A stretch of DNA of 64,000 bases from an uncultured bacterium (GTDB lineage: Bacteria; Muiribacteriota; UBA6191; CAZXTJ01; CAYOHP01): the NCBI GenBank assembly GCA_964403795.1, contig CAYOHP010000017.1, forward strand, positions 1,821 through 65,820, given 5' to 3'. Below the pieces are notes generated by a model. The model had not been told where the DNA came from, ran no database searches, and saw only the letters and a list, made by a program, of their open reading frames with translations. Position numbers and translations under genes: made by a program. The first letter of the stretch is position 1; every line of letters starts with the position of its first letter. Positions 17,484 through 29,487 of this stretch are shown here, piece by piece.

Positions 17484-19058
17484 TCAGCGCGAGTGCAGGG
17501 ACTCGAAGGTCTCCTGGGCGGGATGGGGGATGACCCCGAGGTCCTCGCTCCGGCACAGGGTCTCGCAGGCCGGCGGGTCGAGCGACAGGTCGCGACGGTA
17601 GAGGTTGCGGTGGTAGATGCCCCGGATCACGTCGAGCAGGAACTGCTGGTCGGCGCCCGGCACGCTCTTCAGGCGCAGCGGGTCGATGGGTGCGCCCACG
17701 AACACGTCGACCGCCATGGGCCGGTCCTTGGAGGGCTCGTCCTCGGTGGCCTCCCACCCGATGGCGGTGTCCACGATGGTGATCGGGACGATGTAGACCG
17801 GCTCCTCCGAGACCTCGGCGGTGATCACGTCGATCCCGACCCTGAGCGGCCGGGTCTCGCCCTGGGGGGTGGGGACGTTGCCCTCGGGGAAGAGCGCCAG
17901 GTTGCGACCCTGACGGATCGCCTCGATGGCCTCCGCCACCGCGTCGACCTTGGTGCCGTCGGGATGCTTGCCGCCCACCGCGATCACCGTGGGATCGGCG
18001 ACCAGCTTCTTCTGGAGCCACTTCGGCATGGCCCGCACCGCCCACATGAACGAATAGGTGCCGGGGACCACCGCGGCCATGGTCATGGCGTCCTCGATGG
18101 TCGCCCGATGGGAGAGGGCGAAGACGATGGGAGCGTCGGTCGGGATCCCCTCTTGCCCGTGGACCCGGAGCTTCAGCCCCGCCGCCCAGCGGTAGGACTT
18201 CGAGAAGAAACGCACCAGGTCGTTGGTCTGGTCCGGAGCGTGGTCCTTGGCCCAGAACGGGCGCAGGAAGAGGTGCACGAAGAGGCGCGTCATGGCCGGC
18301 AGCGAGAGGGCGTTGATCTTCACCGCCCGGGCCTTGTCCTTGAGGCCCCGGAAGAAGTTCCCCACCCGGTGCCCGAAGGGCAGCTTGGGGGCGAGCCCGA
18401 ACTTCCGCTCGTAGCGCAGCAGCAGCTCGTCGAGATCGGCAGCCAGGAACCAGAGTTCCTTGGCCTCCTCGGAGCGGGTGTGGAAGGGGTCGGCGGGATC
18501 GGCCAGCCGCTCCCGGTAGGTCCTCTCCTCGGTCTCGAGGCGGGCGAAGGCCCTGGAGAACTCCTGGCGGTGCTTCTCCTTGGTGACCAGGGGGAGCAGC
18601 GCCTCGCGCCGCTCCAGCGCCCCCAGGATCGCGCCGTAGGTGCGGAGGTGGATCTCGTCCCGCTGGTAGGCGTCGTAGGCCGCGAAGTACTCGGCGAGCG
18701 CCTTCTTCATGCCCGCGAAGTTCGGTGCCGCGGCCTCGAACACCGCCCGCTTGGCTTCGGGCAGGGCGGATGCGCCCCCGGCGAGCAGCGCTTGGCGCTC
18801 GCCGGGGTCCAGGGGCACCCGGTGCAGGTCCTGCATGTGGCGCACGAACTCGGGGAGCCGGGGGATGACCGCCAGGGCCTTGGGACCGACCTTGGTCTGG
18901 AGACCCTTGACCGACTCGGAGAGCCCGGCGAGTTCGGCGCGGCGAGCGGGGAGGTCGACCGGCACCACCTCGGCGGCCCGGAGGCTCGAGAGGGCGAGGA
19001 CCAGGGCGAGGGGGAAGGCGGCGAGGCCGCGTGCCGGGACGGGCGGGGCGAGGCGCAA
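17484..19058 (-). CDS. Secreted protein with C-terminal lysophospholipid acyltransferase (PlsC/LPLAT-like) domain
   Basis: Signal peptide (MRLAPPVPARGLAAFPLALVLALSSLRAAEV). C-terminal ALSHRATIEDA (Hx5D variant of HX4D) and FPEGN motif. Convergent with the thiolase with only a 9-bp gap. Confidence 0.55.
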   Translation of the reverse strand: MRLAPPVPARGLAAFPLALVLALSSLRAAEVVPVDLPARRAELAGLSESVKGLQTKVGPKALAVIPRLPEFVRHMQDLHRVPLDPGERQALLAGGASALPEAKRAVFEAAAPNFAGMKKALAEYFAAYDAYQRDEIHLRTYGAILGALERREALLPLVTKEKHRQEFSRAFARLETEERTYRERLADPADPFHTRSEEAKELWFLAADLDELLLRYERKFGLAPKLPFGHRVGNFFRGLKDKARAVKINALSLPAMTRLFVHLFLRPFWAKDHAPDQTNDLVRFFSKSYRWAAGLKLRVHGQEGIPTDAPIVFALSHRATIEDAMTMAAVVPGTYSFMWAVRAMPKWLQKKLVADPTVIAVGGKHPDGTKVDAVAEAIEAIRQGRNLALFPEGNVPTPQGETRPLRVGIDVITAEVSEEPVYIVPITIVDTAIGWEATEDEPSKDRPMAVDVFVGAPIDPLRLKSVPGADQQFLLDVIRGIYHRNLYRRDLSLDPPACETLCRSEDLGVIPHPAQETFESLHSR

Positions 19059-19114
19059 GGCGGGCTCCGTTTCGCTCGGACGACGGCCCCACAGTACCAG
19101 TCCGGCGTGGTGGC

Positions 19115-20365
19115 ATGGAGGCCTTCCCCGTGGACAACCTGACCCACAGCCTGGCCGGGATCGCGCTCGCCGAACTGGCGTTGCTGGCCCGTCGCGACCC
19201 CGAGGCAGCGGGTCGTGATCGCCCCTGGCTCTGGGCAGCCTCGATCCTCGGGAACAACGTCCCGGACCACGACGTGTTCTGGTCGCACTTCCTGGGCGGG
19301 CGGCTCGGCTATCTGCTCCACCATCGCGGGCACACGCATACCGTGGTGGCCGGCCTGCTCCATGGGTTGGTGCTGGTGGCGGGGCTGGCAGCCTGGGGTC
19401 GCCGGCGCGGCGCGGCCGTTCCGATGGCGGCCTTCGGGCTCGCCCTGGTCGGTCCCCAGCTCCACCTCTGGATGGACGGGTGGAACCTCTACGGGGTCCA
19501 CCCCTGGTGGCCGTGGGATCCTTCGTGGAGGTACGGCGACCGCGTCTTCGTGGTCGAGCCCTGGCTCTGGGTCTTCCTCATGCCGGCCGCGGCCGCCACT
19601 CCGCCCATGGCGGGATGGGGTCGGAGGCTGCTGCTGGCGGCCTTCGCAGGCGGCGTGGCGGTGGCGCTGGCGACCGGCCTGGTTCCCCTCCCCCTGCTCC
19701 TCGGGCTGGTCGCGGCGCTCTCTGGGTGGTGGCGCTTCCTCCCTGGCCTGGGCCGGGCCGCCATGCCGGTGGCGGTGGCCGCCTCGCTGGTCCTGGTCCT
19801 CGGCCTCGGTGTGGTTTCGGAGCGGGCCAAGGCGAGGGTGCGGGGCGTACTCCCCGATCCGGTCCACGACGTCCTGGTCTCGCCCGGACCCGCGGATCCG
19901 ACATGCTGGATGGTCATGGCGGTGGAAGCCGGTCCCGGCACCGATCTGTACCGGGTCCGGCGAGGCCTGTGGTCCTCCCTCGGTTCCGGCGTCGAGCGCT
20001 GCACGGGCCGCCTTCCCACGGCCTCGACCGCGCCGCTCTCGCCGGTGACGCTCCCGGGCGCGCCCGATCTCCTCTGGGACCGGGAGTTCACGGGGTCGCG
20101 GGCCGCGCTGCGCGAACTGGCCCGGGACGACTGCCGATTCCGGGCCATGCTCGAGTTCGTGCGGATCCCGTACTGGCACACCCGGCCCGACGGTTCCCGG
20201 GTCTACGGGGATCTGCGCTTCGATCGGGGACCCGAGATCGGCTTCGCGGAGTTCGAGGCCGGACCGAACCCGGGGGACTGCTCCGACCTGGTGGTCCCGG
20301 GGTGGCCTCCCCCGGTAGGCCCGCTCCTGGTGGAGCCGGGGGAATCGCCGGGGTCCGGCGGGTAG
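19115..20365 (+). CDS. Membrane-bound metal-dependent hydrolase (YdjM/DUF457-like) with C-terminal extension
   Basis: Internal start MEAFPVDNLTHSLAG. HRGHTHT motif and multiple TM helices. Confidence 0.55.
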   Translation: MEAFPVDNLTHSLAGIALAELALLARRDPEAAGRDRPWLWAASILGNNVPDHDVFWSHFLGGRLGYLLHHRGHTHTVVAGLLHGLVLVAGLAAWGRRRGAAVPMAAFGLALVGPQLHLWMDGWNLYGVHPWWPWDPSWRYGDRVFVVEPWLWVFLMPAAAATPPMAGWGRRLLLAAFAGGVAVALATGLVPLPLLLGLVAALSGWWRFLPGLGRAAMPVAVAASLVLVLGLGVVSERAKARVRGVLPDPVHDVLVSPGPADPTCWMVMAVEAGPGTDLYRVRRGLWSSLGSGVERCTGRLPTASTAPLSPVTLPGAPDLLWDREFTGSRAALRELARDDCRFRAMLEFVRIPYWHTRPDGSRVYGDLRFDRGPEIGFAEFEAGPNPGDCSDLVVPGWPPPVGPLLVEPGESPGSGG

Positions 20366-20524
20366 GCGCCGAAGCGGGCACGCGCCGAATCAGTTCGGAC
20401 TCAAGATTGATTCGGGAGACCCTTCGGTCGCAGCGTCCGGGGCCCCGATGCGTGGTGGCACGCGCCTTGCCAGGTACGGCCTCGCTCCCTGCCCGACCGG
20501 CGGGAACGTACTCCTGGAGGCTCC

Positions 20525-21529
20525 ATGCGCATGTCCACCGCCGTCGGCGCCGGCGCCGTGATCCTGTCCCTCGCCCTGGTTCCCCTCGCGATCCAGCGGA
20601 TCGCCACCTTCCCGGCCGTGGTCGCCCACGTGGAGGCCGAGTGCCTGCCGGTCCCGGAGCCGAACTGGGACGGAGAGCAGGAGTTCCTGGCCTTCTGGAA
20701 GGCGCTGCCCGAGGACGGGTCCACGATGCCGGGTTTCCACGCCGCCCTGCTCGAGGGCGAGGCCGGTCCGGTCCGGGTCGCGGAGGCCCGGTCCTACCTG
20801 GAACTGCGGGAGCGGGAGGGGCTCTGGTACAGGTCAGGACCGAGCGACGACCCGCCGGGCAGGGACCCGGTGCTGGCGCGCCCGATCCCGGCGGGGATCC
20901 TCTGGACCTGGCCGAGCCCGACCCGGCGCAGCCCGGTCGGTGTCGCCTGGCAACTGGGTGCGGAGGCCGCCGCCTTGTTCCTGGCCGGGCGCGGCCGGGA
21001 GGGACTCGACGCCCTCGAAGTGGCCTATCGCTTCACCCGGATCGTGGGTCGCGGCCAGCATTCCACCCGCGACATGCTGCTGGTCCTGGGCGGGATCGAC
21101 GCCGCCCACCACCTCGATCGCCTGGTGCAAGTGCTGCTGCGCACCGACCTGGTGGCGGAGGACGAGCTGGGGCGCCTCCACTCGATCCTGGAGGACGACG
21201 CCACCCTCCGGGTCCGGCCCCATCACTGGCTGGATCGTGACCTCGAGTTCCGGCGCCGCGCCATCCGGCTGGTGGGGAGCTGGCTCGGACCCTTCGCCCC
21301 GATCGGGGACTGGTACTGGGGCGACTCGAACAGGCGGATCGCCACCATCCGGTACCGGTTCGCACAAGGGAACCCCATGGAGCGGAGCGAGCTCGCCGGC
21401 GCCCATCCGGTCTTCGCCTTCTTCCTCCCGAACCATGGCATGGCGCTGCGCTCCGAGGCGAGCGCGACCCGGATGCGGGACCGGATGCTCGCCACCCTGG
21501 TCCACCGCCGGCTGGCGCCGGGTAGGTGA
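20525..21529 (+). CDS. Hypothetical protein (N-terminal signal/TM anchor)
   Basis: 334-aa ORF with balanced composition (W/Y/F/H present) and hydrophobic N-terminus. The antisense ORF is Arg/Gly/Pro junk. No recognised motif. Confidence 0.4.
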   Translation: MRMSTAVGAGAVILSLALVPLAIQRIATFPAVVAHVEAECLPVPEPNWDGEQEFLAFWKALPEDGSTMPGFHAALLEGEAGPVRVAEARSYLELREREGLWYRSGPSDDPPGRDPVLARPIPAGILWTWPSPTRRSPVGVAWQLGAEAAALFLAGRGREGLDALEVAYRFTRIVGRGQHSTRDMLLVLGGIDAAHHLDRLVQVLLRTDLVAEDELGRLHSILEDDATLRVRPHHWLDRDLEFRRRAIRLVGSWLGPFAPIGDWYWGDSNRRIATIRYRFAQGNPMERSELAGAHPVFAFFLPNHGMALRSEASATRMRDRMLATLVHRRLAPGR

Positions 21530-21597
21530 CCTCGTGACCCCACCCCCTGGGCCGGCTCCGGCAGGCCCGGGGGCCTCTGCTACCTTGGGTCCCGACC

Positions 21598-22921
<1,324 letters not shown>

Positions 22922-22947
<26 letters not shown>

Positions 22948-24946
22948 GGTCGCGGCGCGCCGGGCGCGACTTCCCCTGGCCGCTCTGGACCGCCAGGAAG
23001 TGCGCGGTCCGGGCCTCGAGATCGGCCGACGAGGCTCCGCTCCTGAGTCGCGAGCCCCGGGAGGCGCGGAGCAGGGCCACGGCCAGCCCGGCCTGCTCGG
23101 CCCGCACCGGGGGAGCGCCCAGGATCCGGACGGGATCGAGGTAGGCGAGCTCCCCCAGCACCAGCTCGGGCCGACGATCGAGCTCGGAGGCGACCAGGGT
23201 CGCCACCCGGGATGCGTCGGTCTCGCCCGCCTCGACCGCCCGCGCCGCCCGGTAACAGGCCGACGCCAGGAAGCGACTCACCGGCTCCAGGGCTCGCGCC
23301 AGTTCGATCCGTCCCTGGCGGGTGGCCGCCAGGGTCCTGTGCTCCCTCAAGCCCAAGGTCAAGGGATTGCCGATCCCGCTCCCGACCGAGGAGGGACCCG
23401 GCCACCGGTCGGCGTCGAGTCCGTAGCCCTCGGCGAGCCGTCGCTCCACCGCCGCCAGCTCCTCCCGGGATCTCTGCAGGGCGTCGAGGGCACCCCCGGA
23501 CCAACCCCTGAGGAGGGTTCCCGCCACCAGTCCGGGATGGCCGGCCTGGTCGTCGGTGGTGGCCAGGGTGGCCCCGGTCGGCAGCGGCTCGACGAAGGCG
23601 AGCAGGGGATGTCCGAGGCCCGCCCAGGCCAACTCCTGGTCCACCTCCCGGAGGAGTTCGCGGGTCTCCCTGGCCAGCCGTTCCGGGCGTCCCCCCTCGC
23701 CGAGCCAGACATGGAATGCGACGATCGGGGGGGAACCGGCCAGGATGGATTCCCGCTCGGCGGGATCGAGTTCCGGGGGCCCGGGCGTAGCCGAGAGCCA
23801 ATCCCGGATCCCGCTCGCCAGTTCGAGGATCCTCTTGTCCTCGCCTTCATGCCGGGCGTCGATCGGGGCCTTGGGATCAGGGGCCGCCGCGGCCGTACCC
23901 GGAGCGCCAGGGTCCACCCACGACCAGGCCACCAGGCCGGCGAGCGCGAGGACCGCCAGCAGCGAGGAGACCTCGAGGGCACGCCATGGGGCGCGGCGCG
24001 TGGTGCGGAGCCCGGCCGAGCGCATGGGGACGCTGCGGGCCGATCGAAGGTCGCCTGGATCCCGAGTCCCGTGGTCGGATGCCCGGTCGCCACGACAGGC
24101 TTTCTCCAACAGCTCCCGGGCGATCCCGGCGTCCCGGGGCCGGTCCTCCCTCTCCTTCTCCAGGAGCGTCGCCACCCATGAGGCCAGACCGGGAGGGATT
24201 CGGGGGTCGACCCGATCGAGACGCGGCGGGACCAGGACGGCGTGGTTCTCGAACACCCGGTCGATGCGATCGCTGCGGAAGGGATTGGCGCCGGTCAGGA
24301 GCTCGTAGACGATCACTCCCAGCGCATAGAGATCGTCGCGGGGATCGGGTTCGGCTCCGGTGGCCTGCTCCGGGGAGGCGTAGGCCGGGGTCCCGAGGAA
24401 GCAGCCGCTGGCCGTGAGTCCGGTCTCGTCGGAGACATGGGAGAGCCCGAAGTCGATCAGCTGGACCGACCCGTCGGGGAGCACCAGGACATTGGCCGGC
24501 TTCAGGTCGCGGTGGACCACTCCTTCGCGGTGGGCAGCCCGGAGGCCGGACAGCAGCTCCTCGGCCAGACGTCGGACCGCCTCGATCTCCCAGGGTCCGT
24601 TCCCGAGGAGGGTATCGAGCGATCGTCCTCCCGAATCCGGGTAGGCCAGGAAGAGGACCGCTCCTTCCGCCCCGTAGTCGAGGATGCTCACGATGTTGGG
24701 GTGCTGGAGACGGGCGAGCACCCTGGCCTCGCGCAGGAACCGGGCGGCGAGCCGGGTCTCGCGGTCCTCGGAGACCTTCACGACCTTCAGGATCACGGAC
24801 CGGTCGAGGTTCGCCTGGCGGGCCCGATAGACCCGGGATGCCGCCCCCGTCCCCACCGGTACCAGGTCGAGGTACCTTCCCCGGATCCCGGTCGGCAACC
24901 CGCTCTGCTGCGCCTCGGCCAGGGCGTACCCGGATTCCCCGGTCAT
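22922..24946 (-). CDS. Ser/Thr protein kinase with TM helix and C-terminal extracytoplasmic domain
   Basis: Internal start MTGESGYALAEA, in frame with the 934-aa ORF. Motifs VGTGAASRVYRA, HRDLKPANVLV, DFGL, GTPAYASPE. TM helix (LLAVLALAGLVAWSW). 3' end overlaps the convergent sigma-54 activator gene by ~26 bp. Start overlaps the epimerase stop (ATGA). Confidence 0.8.
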
Positions 24947-25944
24947 GGCGGGATCCCCTGCCGGGAGGCCGGTGCCTCCCGCGGCACCGGTCCGGGGAGC
25001 CGGCCCGACCAGGCCAGGAAGCGCCGGACCCCCTCCTCGAACCCGACCCTCGGCCGGTACCCGTAGCGCGCCTCGGCCCGGTCGAGCGAGGCCCAGGTGA
25101 TCCCGGGCTCGAACGGACGTCCCGGCGAGGCCGTCACCGTCGCCTTGCGTCCGAGCAGCTCCTCGAGCACGGCCACCACGCGGGCCAGGGCGATGGGCCG
25201 ACCCGCACCGAGGTTCACGATCTCGAACCCTCCGGAGCCGTCCAGGATCCGCAACAGTCCGTCGACCGCGTCGTCCACATAGGTGTAGTCCCGCGCCGAT
25301 CCGGGATCGAAGAGCTCGATCGCCTGGCCCCGGACGATGGCCTCGGTGAAGCGGGCGATCGCCATGTCGGGACGCTGGCGGGGTCCGTAGACCGTGAACA
25401 GGCGGGCGCAGCAGAGGGAGAGCCCGCTCGGCGACGAGACCTCGCGGGCGACCCGCTCGGCGTCCCGCTTGGAAACGGCGTACGGCGAGAGCGGCCGATC
25501 GACCGGGAGCTCCTCCTCGAGCCGAGCACCTCCGGCGTCGCCGTAGACACTCGAGGACGAGGCATGGACCAGGCGCTCCACCCCGACCTCGACCGCCGCC
25601 TCGAACACGTTGCGGGCGCCCTCCAGGTTGACCGCCGCGCAGCCAGCGGGATCGAGGAAGCTGGCCGCCACCCCGGGTCGCGCCGCCAGGTGGACCACCC
25701 GCTCGGGCCGCCAGCGACGGAACCACTCGAAGAGCGGCTCCCGGTCACGGATGTCGAGTCGGACGAGTTCGAATCGGGGATGGGTCTGGAGGTCCGCGAG
25801 GTTGGACTCGAGGCGCGGCCTCTCCCCGGGAGGATCGAAGGCGTCCAGGCAGGCGACCCGATCGCCGCCGGACAGCAGGCGCAGGCAGAGGTGGCTCCCC
25901 ACGAAGCCCGCCCCGCCGGTCACCAGGATCCTCCGGCATCGCAT
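24943..25944 (-). CDS. NAD-dependent epimerase/dehydratase (GalE / UDP-sugar epimerase family)
   Basis: MRCRRILVTGGAGFVGSHL Rossmann motif. YAVSK (YxxxK) catalytic dyad. 333 aa. Confidence 0.8.
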   Translation of the reverse strand: MRCRRILVTGGAGFVGSHLCLRLLSGGDRVACLDAFDPPGERPRLESNLADLQTHPRFELVRLDIRDREPLFEWFRRWRPERVVHLAARPGVAASFLDPAGCAAVNLEGARNVFEAAVEVGVERLVHASSSSVYGDAGGARLEEELPVDRPLSPYAVSKRDAERVAREVSSPSGLSLCCARLFTVYGPRQRPDMAIARFTEAIVRGQAIELFDPGSARDYTYVDDAVDGLLRILDGSGGFEIVNLGAGRPIALARVVAVLEELLGRKATVTASPGRPFEPGITWASLDRAEARYGYRPRVGFEEGVRRFLAWSGRLPGPVPREAPASRQGIPP

Positions 25945-25971
25945 GGTTAGGCTCCCGATCCGCCGTCCGCC

Positions 25972-27873
25972 TCAGACCGCGGCCGCCAGGACCGCATCCT
26001 CGGCCGCGGCCTCGAAGCGATGGAGCAGGGCCGGGGAAGCCAGGGCGAGCGGCACCCAGCTCCCGTCCAGTTCCGCCATCCAGCCCCGCCGGACCGCCTC
26101 GGCGTAGGCCTGGCGCGAGGTCCGCGCCACCGGTCGCCGGACCAGGAGCCGACCGGCCTCTTCCGCCGAGAGGTCGATCCGCTCGGGTCCGAGGCCGAGG
26201 CCCCGGGTGTCGAGGAGCCGGAAGCCGGCTCCCTGCGCTTCGATCCGGAGCGTCGGAGGCTCGGCCCGGCTCCGGGCCCAGAGCGCCCTCCAGCTGGCCA
26301 CGGCCTGGCCGAGTTCCAGCATCAGCGGGCGGTTGCCGGGATCCAGCGCCGCGCTCGGGTAGGTACCGGTGAAGTGGTAGGCGATCCGGTCCACCGGGGA
26401 ACCGGGCGGGAACACGTCCCGGTACGACGCCAGGGGAGCCAGGCCGCTCACGCCATGCTCCTCGGCCCGGTCGAAATAGGGCGAGAAGCGGCTGACCATC
26501 ACCGGGACGATGGCCGGTGGCGGGAGGTGCCGGAGCCGAGGCACCAGTGCGAGGGTCTCCCGGTAGAACTCCACGAGGTCGTTGGGGAAGGCGACCAGCA
26601 GGTTCCAGTGCATGGCGATGCCGTAGGCCGAGGCGTAGCGCAGCGCCGCCACGTTCTGGGAGGCCGTCACCCCCTTGTCCATGAGGCGGAGCAGGCCCGA
26701 GGAGATGGCCTCGATCCCCGGCTGGATCGCGGTCACCCCGGCCTCCCGGAGCAGCCGCACCTTCTCCAGGGTGAGGTTCGACTTCTGCTCGTACCCGATC
26801 TCGAGCCCCGGGAGCTCCCCGGCTAGGCGCGGCAACAGGGTGCGGAAGTACTGGTGCGGCATGATGTTGTCGGTCATGGCGATGCGCCGGGTGGGGCTCG
26901 CGGAGACCAGCGTGCGGAGTTCGTGGACGACCTTGTCGGGGGACTTCTGGCGGAACCCCATCCCCTCGCCGTTCAGTCCGCAGAAGGTGCAGTGGCGCTT
27001 CTGCCCCCACCAGCAGCCCCGGCTCGATTCGTAGGGGATCCAGAGCTGCCCGGTCCTCGCCGCCTCGCTCCCGGGCAGGAGCCGCTCCAGGGCCCCGTGG
27101 AACTCCGAGAAGTCGGTGGTGGGGAGGGCCTCGAGATCGCGGCACGGCTCCCCGACCAGGATCCTCGGCGAAGGCTCGCCCCGGGCGCGCCGGGCGAGGA
27201 AGTCGGTGAAGGTGGCCTCGCTCTCCCCCGAGAAGACGTGATCGACCCAGGGCGCCACCGCCGCGATCCCCTCGCCCATGGCGGCTTCGCAGTTGGCACC
27301 CCCGATCAGGGTGAGGATCCCGGGACGGCGTCGCTTCACTTCCCGGAGCAGCGCCAGCGAGGCCCCGGTCTGTTCGAAGGTCGAGGTGCAGCCGACCACC
27401 TCGGGGTCGCCGGCGAGGATCGCGTCGACCGCCCCCGGGATCCAGGCGTGGGCCCGGGCCTCGAGGTCAAGGAGCAGGGACCGGGCCTGGTCGGGAGCCA
27501 CCACCCTGCCTCCCTCCCGGGCCAGCCAGGCCACGAACTCGGCCAGGATGCGTTCGCCCCCGTCGGCGCCCAGGGGCGGGAGGTCATGGGCCGCCCGGGC
27601 GAAGAGCCGCTCGCCGGCCAGCCAGGCCAGCGCCATGTGCTCGAAGTTGGCGTACTGGCGTTCGCCCAGACGGGCGGCCAGGGAGAGGTTGGCGTACTCG
27701 ATCCGGACCCGGTGGCCGGCGGCCCGGGCACAGGCCTGGAGGACATGCACTCCCAGCGAGGGGCGATCCAGGCTCCCGAAGGGCGGGACCACCAGGACGA
27801 CGGGAGCGGATCCGGGCCCGGGCCGCGAAGCCGCCGGCTGGATCCGGTCGGAAGGCATGCCGCGAGGGTACAC
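25972..27873 (-). CDS. B12-binding-domain radical SAM protein with non-canonical CX7CX2C cluster motif
   Basis: N-terminal cobalamin-binding-like Rossmann region. SRGCWWGQKRHCTFCGL in place of CxxxCxxC. Radical-SAM core follows. 633 aa. Confidence 0.7.
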   Translation of the reverse strand: MYPRGMPSDRIQPAASRPGPGSAPVVLVVPPFGSLDRPSLGVHVLQACARAAGHRVRIEYANLSLAARLGERQYANFEHMALAWLAGERLFARAAHDLPPLGADGGERILAEFVAWLAREGGRVVAPDQARSLLLDLEARAHAWIPGAVDAILAGDPEVVGCTSTFEQTGASLALLREVKRRRPGILTLIGGANCEAAMGEGIAAVAPWVDHVFSGESEATFTDFLARRARGEPSPRILVGEPCRDLEALPTTDFSEFHGALERLLPGSEAARTGQLWIPYESSRGCWWGQKRHCTFCGLNGEGMGFRQKSPDKVVHELRTLVSASPTRRIAMTDNIMPHQYFRTLLPRLAGELPGLEIGYEQKSNLTLEKVRLLREAGVTAIQPGIEAISSGLLRLMDKGVTASQNVAALRYASAYGIAMHWNLLVAFPNDLVEFYRETLALVPRLRHLPPPAIVPVMVSRFSPYFDRAEEHGVSGLAPLASYRDVFPPGSPVDRIAYHFTGTYPSAALDPGNRPLMLELGQAVASWRALWARSRAEPPTLRIEAQGAGFRLLDTRGLGLGPERIDLSAEEAGRLLVRRPVARTSRQAYAEAVRRGWMAELDGSWVPLALASPALLHRFEAAAEDAVLAAAV

Positions 27874-27910
27874 GAGGGCCGGCTCCCGGGACCGGATCCG
27901 AGCGGCCGGA

Positions 27911-28372
27911 TCAGCCCGGTTCGGGTGACGCTGCGCCCAGCTCCCACTCCAGGTTGCGCTTCACTCCCGCATCCATGCGGATGAGCCGCGCCCAGCCGGG
28001 ACGGAACACCCAGAACCTGTGCCCGGCAGCCGCCGCGACCATGGGAGCGGCCATCGGGAAGCGCGAGAGGTAGAGCCTCGTCAGCTCCGCCTGCCGATCC
28101 GGCGGAGCCTCGGCGCGACCGGAGAGCTGGACCCCCCGGATCGAGGCGACACCCGGGTCGGACTCCGCGATCGCCACCCCGGCACGCGGCTCGCCGACCA
28201 GATCGCGCGAGTGCCGGGTCGAGTCGGCGCTGATCCACACGAGTTCGAGACTGCCGGCGGCCCGGGCGAAGAACAGGGACGCGGCATGGGGACCGGCTCC
28301 GCTCCAGGTCGAGAGGTGGAGCACATGGTGGCGGTCGAGGTACTCGTGGAGAGGTTGCAGGTCGTCCGCCAT
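27911..28372 (-). CDS. Pyridoxamine 5'-phosphate oxidase-like FMN-binding split-barrel protein
   Basis: Internal start MADDLQPLHEYLDRHHVLHLSTWSGAGPHAASLFFA. PNPOx/general-stress-protein-26 fold pattern. ~153 aa. The upstream part of the 488-aa ORF is junk. Confidence 0.55.
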   Translation of the reverse strand: MADDLQPLHEYLDRHHVLHLSTWSGAGPHAASLFFARAAGSLELVWISADSTRHSRDLVGEPRAGVAIAESDPGVASIRGVQLSGRAEAPPDRQAELTRLYLSRFPMAAPMVAAAAGHRFWVFRPGWARLIRMDAGVKRNLEWELGAASPEPG

Positions 28373-28389
28373 GGCGCCGGATCCGGGTC

Positions 28390-29409
28390 TCAGCGTTGAC
28401 CGAGCGTGCCGGAGTCGGTCCCGTGGGACCCGGGTCGGGTCGCGGGCACTGTGCCCACCGGCGCACCGCCGGGCTGGAGCCCGGCCGCCTGCCTGGCGAG
28501 CCAGTCCTGGCGAGCCTTGGCCACCTTGGCCCGGACCCTCCGGATCCACTCGTTGTCCAGGGTGTTCAGGCGCCGGAGCAGCTCCGCCAGGTCGGCGGGC
28601 GGATCGAGTCCGAGGATCCCCCGGTACATCTGGAGTTTCAGCCAGTCCCGGCCTGCTTCCTGCCAGTGGACGTAGGCCGGGCCACTGATCCCGCTCGACT
28701 GGAACATGGCCTCGTCGTAGACGCTGGCGTACCCGAACCGGATCCTCAAGATCCGCTGGTCCCAGCCGCTCTGGGTATCGGCCGGGGGGAGGAAGAGGGT
28801 GCTGCCCCAGCGGGCGGCCTCGGCGGCATCCCTCGGCTTCCCCCCTGCGAACACGGTGTTGTAGAGCACCAGGTCGTCGACGGCCTCGAAGACCTGCATG
28901 ATCGACTTGCCCATGAAGTAGCCGCAGACCTCGTCGGCCTTCATCCGGGGATAGCGGGCCAGACCCAGGAAGCGGTGGTTGGGATCGTGGTAGAGGTCGG
29001 CCCAGATCGACTGCATGGAGTCGTAGTGGATCCGTTCCGGGGTGCCGGCGGCGGCCGTCTCGCTGGCCATGACGTCGTTGTCGGCATGGGTGAGCTCGTG
29101 GATCAGGGTCGCGATCTGGGTCGTCTCGAGGGCGAACTTGATGCGCTGGGTGCCTTCCACCCGCATGGTGGGGGGGATGTAGACATTGTCTGTGAGGTAT
29201 CCGTAGGAGGCCTCGGCGACGTCGGACGACGCCTGGAAGAAGAGCTCGATCTTCGCTACCAGGCGTCTCAGGTACTCGGTCTTCAAGCCGATCGACTCGA
29301 GCCGGGTGTAGAACTCGGCCGGATCGGCCTCGTCGCCGGCCCTGGCACCGGAACCCAAGGCCAGGAGTCCTGCACACACCAAGGCCTGGACCCGACGGAG
29401 CGAACCCAT
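28390..29409 (-). CDS. Secreted hypothetical protein with HExxH (HELTH) zinc-metallopeptidase-like motif
   Basis: Internal start MGSLRRVQALVCAGLLALGSGARAG (signal peptide). HELTHADND motif. Realistic composition. Confidence 0.5.
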   Translation of the reverse strand: MGSLRRVQALVCAGLLALGSGARAGDEADPAEFYTRLESIGLKTEYLRRLVAKIELFFQASSDVAEASYGYLTDNVYIPPTMRVEGTQRIKFALETTQIATLIHELTHADNDVMASETAAAGTPERIHYDSMQSIWADLYHDPNHRFLGLARYPRMKADEVCGYFMGKSIMQVFEAVDDLVLYNTVFAGGKPRDAAEAARWGSTLFLPPADTQSGWDQRILRIRFGYASVYDEAMFQSSGISGPAYVHWQEAGRDWLKLQMYRGILGLDPPADLAELLRRLNTLDNEWIRRVRAKVAKARQDWLARQAAGLQPGGAPVGTVPATRPGSHGTDSGTLGQR

Positions 29410-29487
29410 GGAGACCTCCCGAGGGACGCAGCGAGTGTAGCGTTCCGGAGGCCGCATCCGATCACGGGTTCGCCGACGTGAGGCGAC

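Noticed and set aside
25972-27873. Calling the first B12-radical-SAM gene a RiPP maturase
   Set aside because: No plausible short precursor-peptide ORF adjacent (only a 37-bp gap to the next gene). Neighbours are sugar- and phosphodiester-modifying enzymes, so a RiPP assignment is not supported by context.
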